From assembly GCA_040954595.2 (NCBI GenBank), contig CM082581.2, positions 4,518,699-4,582,698 on the forward strand: a DNA stretch of 64,000 bases, in the 5' to 3' direction. Below, piece after piece: positions 45,547 to 57,500 of the stretch. The notes beneath the pieces are model-generated. The model did not search any database. It was not told the origin of the DNA and saw only the letters and a program-made list of their open reading frames with translations. A program made the position numbers and the translations under genes. Each line of letters starts with the position of its first letter. Position 1 is the first letter of the stretch. This DNA comes from Balanoglossus misakiensis (Eukaryota > Animalia > Hemichordata).

Positions 45547-48500
45547 TCAGTCGTTGGCAGTGCTCGTCTTTTCGGATTCTTGTGAGGTGGGTGCTGCGGA
45601 CGTGGTGGCCACTTTCTGTTCGGCGTTCCAGGGACTCTGGTTGGAGTTCTCAAACTCCTCCTCGGCGTCTATGCCGTTGGTGGCGTCGTACTGCGTGTTC
45701 TGTAAACGGGTGATCAGTCGCTCGTCCTCCTCGCCGAACTCACCTCCCATCAGAGAGGGCTCCCCTACGACCATGACGTCCTGCGCAGAAGAAGAAAGCA
45801 ATCATACGTTCAACGAAGCGCATCACAACTTGGATATACACATGTATACACATGCGATCTACTGACATCATCTATCACATAAACCAGATTCACTACTTAG
45901 AAATAAATTATATCATGCTTTACATGTCATTTTTACATGAATGATGTTTCAAGAGTGTTCCAGACGTTTGTAGCCAGAATGACACTAAACCTTGCAGAAG
46001 AAATTTTACAGTTTTACTTGAAGTGAGTTACAGATAATACTAAACAGACTGTGATCTAGTGAATCAGCAATATTGATTGAACATTTGTGCGCCTCTGAAG
46101 AATTTGGTTTTCATTCACTGTGATGATAAACATCAGGGTGCTTGTGAAGACAATTCACACACATTTAAACCAAACACTAACAGAGACTTGAAATTCTCTT
46201 GCCAGACTCCACGAGTTTCCAATTATCTGCCAAGTTTAGTAAAACTGGTACATATCTTGAAACATAAACGTAAACTGAAAAGTGAGTGGCTAGAAAGCGT
46301 GGTCTGAGAGCTTCCACCTGTATGCCCCCTATATGGTCCCATCTAACAAACAGAGCATCAATGGGAGAGCAGAAAAACGAAGGCCAGTCGGGAATTTTCA
46401 TTTGGCAGCAAACTTCCGACAATCGCACATCGCCGATATCTCCCTGCCGCCGGAGAACTAAACCACAAAATGACTGTGTCAGCAGGGTCAAGAAGAAATT
46501 TAGGATACCTTATTAATCACTTTTAGATTTTTACAGTGCAACTGAAATGTGAAGAACAGTTTGTGTATTTTTTTTTTTGAGATCCACACAGAACATGAAA
46601 TGAGTCGGTAAATATCCAAACGTCATTTGACTTGCTCTTGGTGTCAGATAGGGCCATTTACACGGGAACATTCTAGCCTTCAAACGACAATTTGAAAATT
46701 TCATTCTTTTCACGAAATCTACCACAGTCTATTCTGGAAAACTGCTGACTTAGTCTGAATTTGTTAAAACCAGGATAATAAAAATATACAAAGAAAACAA
46801 CTGAGAGAAAAAAATGAAGAGATAAATAAATATAAATAAGAGAAAAGAAAACTTTAAAGATAAAGGAAGAAAGGTCACAGCAGAGAAATTATAGAAATAC
46901 ATCTAAAGTAAGAGAGGCCCAAAAAACAGTATTCAGCAAATAAAAACAAAAACTAGTTTGAATGCTTGGATGCTGGCAGTGTACAAAAGTGTGCTATACA
47001 AGAAAAAACACTAGACATCATTCAACAAAGAGAGTGCATAGTTGGAGCATCGAAGCATTCAAACTACAAGTAAATAGAGAGAAAAATGAAAATATAAGGG
47101 TAGGGGTTGCATACAGTGGTAACACTCTCAACCTGAGAGGTTAGGGGGAAGTTGCCTGCTTGCTTCTTCTTCCCGCCTGCGCCTTGATTGGAAGCAGAAT
47201 TAGGTGGCATGTTGTTACCCGAGGGTGTGCTTCCGCTCGTCGCCGACGACTTTCGCTTCCGTCTCTTACTCGGCGGTCTGCTGTTCTCTGTTCAAACACA
47301 AAAAGCACAACATAGACAGGCAAGCGGTTACATTCCAGCTTTAAAATGGCTGTCACGTACGTACGTCCGTGGCGATCGACTGTCAGTCTACAACTACACA
47401 CGTCTAACTTTTACCACTTCAGAGTCCAGTAAATTCACGTTTTGAACGATGAAATAAATAATGACATAAAAAAAACGTCTCTCAGCGCTTACTTTCCTTT
47501 CCGTCCTCCGCTTGAATATCCTAACACTGACTGAGGTCAGGAGTCATGTGACATATTTCTTATGAATTAATTAATATCTGCGAAGAGTTACACCTCTCGT
47601 TATGTGTCAGTGTCTGGTCAGCGTCCTGACAACCAGGACAACAGTTTCGGCTTTTGTTGGTAACGCTGCATGCTAGACGGTAGTTTGCTTTCCTTACCTC
47701 GTATTTTGTGTTTTCCCTTTGTCATGTATGTATCACCAGGCGAAAAGTCTTGTAAATTCTCTACAATACAATGCCAAAGTAGGGATTCTCAGGCAAAAGA
47801 CAGCAATTGCAATTTCCATAGAAACAGTCACATGACTCCTTAGTTTGATTCTGATTTGCTCTCATTGTCTGCTTGTTCAGTGGAGTGGGGGAGTGAATCT
47901 TGGGGGAGATAGGTGGTTGTCACACACTCAACAAAATGATAACAAACAAAATAACCAGGGATAAAAAAACAAAAAATGAAATGTCTTTCTAGAAATCAAA
48001 AACAAAAATGTCTGGAGTTTCTGTGCCTTGGCGGGGCCGAAACTGACGAAAAATGGTTTTTACATTTGTGTGGCAATGTATGATGAATGAAAGCAATACA
48101 GAAACAGGCTACATGAGCCATGTGTTGATTGGAGAAATTCATGGATCTAGAACTACTTTCTACATCTACTATTATTTAAATACAAAATGACCTTAAAACC
48201 CATTACGCAATATAGTACATCAATTCTTCTGCCTTATAACCCAGACACCAATGTCATTTCACTGTGTGATAAAATGTCACCACAGTGATATGTACAACAA
48301 AACATGCACATCTGGACACATACATGTACAGATTGCCTGCTCGGGCACGCGTACACACACACAAACACACACGCACACGGCACCGGACTAAGCGACACCA
48401 GGTGATTCAGCCTAAAAAGCCAACTACACCAGACAGGCTAGGCACTACTGATTATAAAGCGACATCTAAAAAATGAGCTCGTTCAACCCCAAAAAGGCCA

Positions 48501-51500
48501 ACCAGAGAAGTCAAAATTTATGACAATAAAGAATGAAGACAGAAATGAGGGAAATATTGACAGTGCTGAAGCAAAGTACACCTTTTATGAACACCCACAA
48601 CATCACATTTACACATTACAATGTTTACTGTCACACCCTTTCGACATTGCTATCTTCCAGAAAATGGAATCAGATTTTGCAGTAGATTATGACAAACTTA
48701 TTACAAACGGGAAATAGCTGAGAAAGAGTCGACCAGCACAACATTGTACCCCCCTCCCGCCTCCAAGTGAATGGAATCAACCATTGTGGAGGTATCTGTA
48801 TATGTACCACGTTGAGCCATCACACACTGAAGACAGGAGGGGTTTTGCTAGATAGGATTGTTACCTGGTGGTGCTACCATACGTTGCCATTTCTGGAAGA
48901 GTGTAGTTTTCAGACAGTCTCTCGGACTCAAACTATACGCTTTATGTCTCGACATGAGTTCCTGCATGGGTTCCAAGATTACACACAGCTGTCATGTTGT
49001 AAAACAAAACAATTAGAAGAAAAAGTTAGAATCTCTGCACAAAATAATTCAATTTGAAAGAGCAGGTCTCACTTAATGCTAAATTTTTCGGAGCAAAATT
49101 TGTGAAATGCATTTAATAGTTTATAATTAAATTACTGTGTGGCAAATATGGCGTACCACTGACTGTCTGAGTTTGGTCGTATTGCATTGGTTCAAAACTC
49201 TCACGTAGCAGTACTTTTTTTTCTCTGGTTTCTAACAGCAGTTTGTTGATGGAAAACTGAGCAAGGACCTAACAGAAGAGACCCTGCAGTGAAGACGAAA
49301 CCTTCCAAGGGATACACGTACTTCAGTCTAGAGTTCTATCACTACTTGAGAGGATTTCAAATACCAATACACAGCAACATATTATCTACATGAGTGCAGT
49401 ATGTCTTACCTAAAACAAGGTCTCAGAATTTATATTATGCAATTACCAAATCATTTTCCAATTCAACATACAATTTTGATGATGCAACCAGCTTAACCCT
49501 TTCACCGCCATAGTTCAGTCAAAACCTATTGTTTTCTATGGTAAGATTGGATCTCCATAGAGGGGGAACTGGGGGTGAAAGGGTTAACTCGGCCTCATCA
49601 CTGCCACTGTTTTCAAATCAGTGGCTGACTAATCCATTTCAGAACAGGGGTGACAGGGTTCAAACATATGCTGACACCCCAACACATCAAATCATGTCCA
49701 ACTTTGAGGTGTTTAGGATTACCCCCTTCTCTCCCAATCTCTACTTGGACCAATAGACAGCAAGAATGGTGAAAGGGTTATAAACACATTATTTTGCGCC
49801 AAACATCAAACGCATGTGAATTTTTTTTTTTTTTTTGGAGGGGGGGGGGGGGGGTTAGGTTATTCACTACACTGATGGTATGAACTTCACACACAAGGAA
49901 GTACAAACACACAGAAATAAAAGCCATAAGGTTGTGCTTACCCTGAGGTAGTTTAGTGTGTAGTTTGTCAGCCCCTGCCGTGTTAGATTGATTGACAAGT
50001 AGTCTAACATTTGAGGGTCCTGTGTGTGATACTGTGAACACAGGGTTGAAGGACTGACAATTAGAGACAACAGATGTAATCGACAAGACAAGGATAATGT
50101 TGGCTTACCCTGAGATAGTTAAGGGTTTGGTTGGTGAGCCCCTGCCTGGTGATATTCTTAGATAACTGTTCTAACATTTGTGGGTCTTGTGAATGGTACT
50201 GTAAAATTGCAGCATGCAAATGGAGAAGAGTTGATTACACACAGCTCGTCAAGGCACCGCTTATCATGGGGCAATAAACTGATTCAGTGTTTATGTGCAT
50301 AAAACGCACGGCGGAAGAAACGTTCGTGAATTATTGTGGAAGCGCGTACGACCATGTCTGTGTACGTGCATGCTTGTCTAGTCACGCGAGATGTCATACG
50401 GCCAGCTGTTGCTAGCCAGGACAGTGTAGTTATGCACATGTACAATGTTCACTGAATCAGCTTTATTGACCCATGATGCCTGTGATCAAGGATGCTAAGG
50501 TGATACACGTGCTTATCAAAATATCCACAGGTAAGTACTACCATCTGTAAAAACGCTGGCTGCAGCACATAATTTGAAAACGGAGGGTTACTACTATAGA
50601 AAAAAATTATGATCTTCCTCCGTATTTCCGTTTGAGCTTAAGCATTTTTCCCAAAGGATAAAATGTAGTTCGCTTAATTTCAATTGTTAGCATTTTTTCT
50701 TGAAGAATTCCTCTACTATAGAAATCGACTGATTCTCCAGAGAAAAGTTGTGAGTTCTTTGCTAATGCTAAATGCAGCTATTCCGTTGTAGCTTTCAATG
50801 TAGTGAAACTCAGATTGATTAAAAGAATGAATTTGTTTTCATCATGTGTTTCCTTTGACACAAGAATTTTTAATTGAAGTTTTTTGTACGAAACTGCTCA
50901 CTGACACATTTACAAGTCACTATTTGTACCGAACTGGCAAATCCACAAAAGTTATCATTTTATTAACTTTAGTAGAGTTATGATTATTTTAGGTAGGTTG
51001 GCTGCATACTTGACAAATGTCCTTCTGTTCATCATTGACTCTGTCACTTTCTACAAATGATAGTACTTAATCAAGATGCAAAAAATACCACAGTCAGATG
51101 CTGAAGCACATCTACCAAGAGATATAAAAAAGATAGATTATCATGTGACCATCATGTGCCACAGCTATGACACACAGACAAAGTACAAGGTTTTTATTTT
51201 GCCATGTCTTAAGCGTCACACCCAAGAGAAAGCACACAATATCATCACCATGACGACAGATAGGCGAAAAAGGAGAGATACAGGCGGACTCCATCACTGT
51301 ACTTAAGAAAAAAAAAATAGAGGGATGCATTCTCCAGCATTGCCACAGATGATGGGTGTATTGAACACAGAACAAAGCATAGTACATATATGTAGTTTAC
51401 AGGTTTGTCTTGAAATCTGCAGTGTGATCTTATGGAACACATTCTACGTCAACAATTGTTATGGCTCACCAAATCATATATTGTGAGATGATGGTCTTCA

Positions 51501-54500
51501 GGAAATATATTACGTATTTCACAAAACTTTTTACAAAAGCTCAGATAATCTTGAAAACTGGCGAGAAACAAATGTTCCAGTCTGTTCCAAATTATGGTGT
51601 GAAGAAAGCCTGGTAGTGAAATCACTTACCTGCATTGCTATTACACTCCTGGGGATTAATTCTCTGTGTTGTCGTATTGCAAAGTGCCATGTCCGTATTC
51701 GCATGAGATCATCGAATGTGAATTCCAAAACTAATCTGCCTTCTGTACAAACCTGGTGGCATGCAGCAGAGAAAAATTTACGAGACTCAGAACAGGTTTA
51801 GCAGCGCGTGGGAAACAAACTGAAAACAAAAAAGGGTCTTTCTTTCTGAAAAAAACAATTGGCACACGCAGTATGACTTCAGATACATAACAGTAAAATT
51901 TCAATGTTCACAAATAGAGAAAAGTCTTCCACACATCCAAACTGAATCTGTCCGGTATCCTCTCTGTACAGAAAAAGACATTGATAACTATCTGTTCTAG
52001 AAAGTACTGCCTTCACTGGAAATTCATGATAATAAAACCTCATGATACAGCAAATAATTCTTAGGAATACACAACCTTTGAAAAGGAATAAAATAAAATA
52101 TTTTGGGGTCAAAGATGTCACTTTCCTTGAATGACTGTTGTACTATGAATCCAAACTCCTACATCAAATAACAGTGAACAAATGAACATTCAACCAGTTT
52201 TACAATACTTTTACTGCCAGTAAATTTTTCCAGGAGATTTACATTCAAAACATGACCAAGACTTTTGAGTGGTCCCCCCCTCCCCAGACAAATTGCTAGG
52301 GTGTGCCAACAGCTCAATAGGGGTGGATCCCCCTGGGCCCCGTCTGGATGAAACACTTAGTTGTTCTACCTGAACTAACATGCTGAAACTTTCAGACACA
52401 TGTTTGCATATATAATTTCTACATTCCCACAAAATTATGAGGTGATTTACAGTTGATGCTAATGCACAAAGCTATTGGCCAATAATCGAGAGAACAAGCC
52501 TACCTTGGTAAACATTGGTTTTCCGTGATGTGTTATCATCGTCGCCTGTTCACAATCGAGGGTTATTGACGTATTGTGAAAGGACTCTTTTGGATGCTTG
52601 AGTATGTAATATAAATCTGTCACCCCACCTTCAAATATACTACGAAAATACCGAGGTATGAGCGTTCTACCAATTGCTGTAAAAGAAAACATGTGAGGTA
52701 CCGATTAGTTGGGAAAAGTCAGTATCTTGATGTTGTCCCTATGGATTTTAAAAGTGAACGTATATACTTATATTGTGCAAAAACCTTGATTTTTGATGAT
52801 GACTTGCACTGTGAGAAATTATCACATTTAACCCTCTCACCACTATCATGGTTCAGTCCAAACCTATTGTTTCCTATGATGAGGTTGGACCTCTAAAGAT
52901 GGAACTGGGGATGAAAGGGTTAAAGACAGTGCAATATCGTCTTCACAGAATGCAAAGAAGTACAATGGACAATACTATACCAGTGGAACTAGTAAGAGAG
53001 GCAAGCAAAAACATTTGTTTGTTTGTTTGTATGTTTGTTTGTTTTCATTTCATAAACAGTGCCATACCAGTTACAGAATGAAGTTCAAAGAAAACAAAAT
53101 TAGTTATTGAGACACCGTACTGGCTGTACATGTAGTATTGAGCTGTATTGAGCAAGAACAGTGCAATCCGGTATTGCTGTAATTACATGCTACCGTGCTG
53201 AAACGCAACAGGGTTTCGAATATTCATGATATATCAGATAATGGAGATTTGAATAATAAACCAATGGCTTGTGGATGTTGATTGTCTTTTATACTCCTCA
53301 AAATGCGCCACAAAGACGAAATAAAAGAACTGCATGTTTCCAATATACACAGCAGAATTTTAAAGACACAATGGGTCAAAATATAAACTAGTCAATATTA
53401 CATCCTGTTAATGCTACTCTAACGGATTTTGAGTAGGTGCTTGTATTAATCCGAATAAAAGAAACATGAATCAAAATCTAATAATGTTGCCACTATGGTA
53501 TTTGTAAAAGGCAAACAAAAAATGTCTTGCTCTTTCTGGAAGCTCAAAATCACTTGACTTGTATATTAAAATGTATGGGAAACTGTACTGTAATCAATGG
53601 CTGGACATTGTCATGGTAACACACTGGGTATCATATAATGGAGCAGATGAAGCCACAGTGTCCTTACCCATTTGAAATAAATGTTATATGCTATTCAATG
53701 ATTTCCAGGAATGAATGTTTAGGTATGGCTGTTGTACTCTGTTTTATATTTCACAATGACCAAAACATTGCCAACTTTTGTTCACAAGAAAACTTCAACA
53801 AAATAACAATGCAGAGTTTGATTTTGCAAAAGATTGACTTTTAAAGTCTTCCTGAATGCACGAAATACGGTGGGCAGAAATTACAGTAATCAGAATCTTG
53901 GTTGATGTGTTTACATACGTACATTGCACATCCGGACGCTGGCTGCTTGACGTCAAAATGCAGCCATGTAAAAACCTGACAATGTCAATGTCGGTCACCA
54001 TTGCCAACACTAGTATTGACAGCTAAATGACTAGATAAGCTAAATCCTCACTTTTGTGCCTGGATTTAACCTCATAGCTATAAGTACTACATCGATTCAT
54101 CAAATTATATCTTTTATCCTTTTAAACTTCTAACAGCATCAAGCCTCATATTCATAACAAAATATCTACACCGCAATTAGACTCCACTGCCCAAAGAGGT
54201 GTATATATCATAATGCCATTTATATCGTAATCATTTTAGCCTGCATCAGCATGTACATGCAGTGATCACAATCTCGCAAGGCTATGATATTTCTACAATG
54301 TATGCAGCATGTCCTGTCAACTGTCTGCCTTTTTTTTCTCTATTAAAGGAACTTTTGTAATAATATTCAACATCACTTACAATATCTTTTTGGTCCATCT
54401 TCTAAACAAAATGATAACGTTAAAGTTGCATCTTCTTCAAAAAATTCTGATGCAAATGCATCCCACCATAAATTATCACTTTCCTGTGAAGACAAAAGAC

Positions 54501-57500
54501 AACGAGCAACCAGGCTATTATTAGATATAAGAACTGCAAAAAGAAGAACAATACCGGTAAAAAAACTATAATCTATCCTGTTACAGACATTGTTACTTCA
54601 GCACTTACTTAAAGACTCTGTTGTCATGGCAATTTCAAACTCATCGTCGTAAAACCACGACCTGTTTACGGCAACTGCTACGCGCTACCGCCAACAGGCC
54701 GTGGTGGATTTGGAAGGTTTTCGCGGATCCCAGCGTCAGTTCCAGCAGCCAGACAAAGGAACCAATCAGAGAGCCCGTCTCATAAAACTGCATAACTTAT
54801 TTAAATGACAGTGCAAAATGGCGGATTTAAAGCTGACAGCAGCCGAAGAGCTCGCGATATCCAGACTACTGATTGGCTAATTCCAATGTCGTTTCTCATG
54901 AATAATTCATTAGTCTACGTCCTAAATTCCGGGGTTCCCTACTGTAATCTGCCAGAGCCCGTTTTTTGCGTAGCTCCGCGGAGCGGAAACACGGTCGGCT
55001 CTGGCTTGCGAGAATGTTTCAAACTAAGTGTACTAGTTACCATGGAAAATTCCCTACATATGCACTTCTGCCATTATTGTCCACACTCAGAAATCCAAGT
55101 TGTGAATTTGCATTTCACTAGTAAGGCAGCTGAATTTATAATTAGTGATATTTGGAGTCTATCTTAGTATATGTGATGTTATAGATTCTCTGTAATTTCT
55201 TGGTATATTTCCATCCATATGACAGTGCCCCATGCACAGGTCATACATTTCAAAAGAACCGGGATAGTACTCAAAATGTGCCGTCACAATATTTCCCAAA
55301 TCACAAGGTTTATAAGTAGTTGAAAATTGCCTTAAAGGGAAGGGGTCTTCGCACCGCGTGGGTGTCCCCCTTGATGAGAATATGTCCTCCCATACCAGCG
55401 CAAACCCCACTGCAGTTGCCACGACCAACTACATGTAGGATGTTCAGTTGCTGTCATGCCCAGTCTAGGCTACGGTTGGCTGCTTCGTTCATTCTTAAGA
55501 ATGTTCTTTTTTCAGGGATTTGTGCATGAAGTGTAATGTTTATAAACAAACAAACACGGCGCGACGACCCCTTCGCTTTAAAATTACTAACAGTAGTGTA
55601 TATATTAGCAAGAACATACACACACTAGTAGTTCTGTCAGACAGAATCAGTTGCAAACTGGCCCAACATAAATAATACAAGATAAATGCAACATGTCATC
55701 TTGTATAATTTATCAACACACAACACTACATGTATATTAAAATCACTCTATGCCATTGGTTTACACAATGTTTCAATCGCAATCAAAAACCACAGGAACA
55801 ATTTTATCTGCAACTCTGTATTTGTTAAAACTGTGAACAATTAAAGCAATTATGGAAATTACTCATGCTGATTGCAATTACATGAATAAGTAATTTAATG
55901 CAAAATCCTGTCATATTTTTTGTCAGTTTAATTTTCTGCTTTTGTTTGCATTCAAAAGAAATACAACTTATAAACAATTCATTTTCTGTTGTACAGGAGT
56001 ATTTTAAAGTTAATATGAAAATGCTGGATGTGATACCATCCGTGTTGTACCCTATATACTGCCAGCATGCGTTTGTGTCAGTTTGTCATCTCACATCAGA
56101 GCAGAGTTAATAGTACACATTCAATCAATAGTGTGCAAACCAACTGTTCGTTTATATTGCAACTAGTACTTCACTACACATCAACAATCTGCTATGCATG
56201 TTTCTGAAACTAATTGATAATGACACGCTATTCTCTTTTGACAATGTATGTTACTTTGTCACTTTACAATTGTGTTTGCTATGTAAGCCACACATACAAT
56301 ACGCCCTTGTCCTGGTCGCCATAGTGCCCTGTACAGTAAATCACAGATGTCACATGGGCGAATGATATTTCCCAGAATGCATCAGCAAATGAACAAGTCC
56401 AACATATTGTAAATGTACACTTTGTATATATCATTTCTGTGCATGCAGTACAGTGGCACTGCCATCAAAAACATGATCAGTAACCTAACAATATAAATAT
56501 GGGTACGGTTTTTTTCAGTCTATGCTGAGATCTTCATCTGCAAACAGAACTGACCGGCGACAGTTAAACCGGTACGACAAAACAGAAGTGTTACTATTTG
56601 TGAGTCAACTCTGTTACGTTTCCTGAATTCACCGCAAAAACCCAAGAAATTTCTTGGTAACAGTGAACCAGCACAGGATGTATGTGTACTGCAGATAGTT
56701 TGGTTTAAAACATTCGGGGAAATAAGATAAGAAAAAGAATGGGACAACAATTACGTCTCTGTGCCGTATTTCTTCCTTTTTTAAACAGGGGACGTGTATA
56801 TTTTATGTCATATACTTCCCTGTGAGTGACATATAGACACAGTTTCACACCAAATTTGCACGTGAAGCCATTCCCTGTAAACATGTCCAATGTGAGAGTG
56901 ACTTCATTTGAAATCTTTCCTTCGATTTTCATCAAAATCATTTTGTTCCAATTCATATGCAAGAATTATGAAGAACATTGCATTGAATATTTCATTTGTG
57001 ATTTAATTCTGTCACCAAACAGACACATGTAGGAAATGACCTTCTTGGATTTCACTGCCAAGAGAATCATCAAGTAAAATAGGTTCAGATAAAACGGGTG
57101 ACACACATACGCTGCACTGCATTTTGCTTGTCAATTCTTTGAAGACTTTTATAATCTCATCTGGCAGAAATCAGAAAAAACCTTGGCAGTATGCCAGGAA
57201 CCTGAAATGGTACAAGTTTATCAGGAGGCAATTTCTATCAGCATTAATTTCATAGCCTGTTGGTAGTGTTGATTTCATACACTGTTGCTGGTGTTGAATG
57301 ATATCATACCAATGTAGTTTTCGTTTCATTTTCTAATTTGTTTGGACATTTCCTGTCATGCAACATGTTTTCATCCCTGCAAAATGATATCTTAAGTATC
57401 CCACATGTCAACAGATAATTACTGTACTTTCATCTCCGAATATAATAAAATTTTTATAGAATAAATTTTTCCATGCTTACATGCAGTTGCCTGTGTTTCA

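Noticed and set aside
47493-47520. 28-nt AG...GT micro-exon candidate in an LDB intron
   Set aside because: It would frameshift and has only motif-level support.
49942-50198. LDB exon duplication as an assembly or haplotype artefact
   Set aside because: The copies differ at 19 of 30 codons and the flanking intron sequence is not duplicated, which is incompatible with an allelic mis-join.
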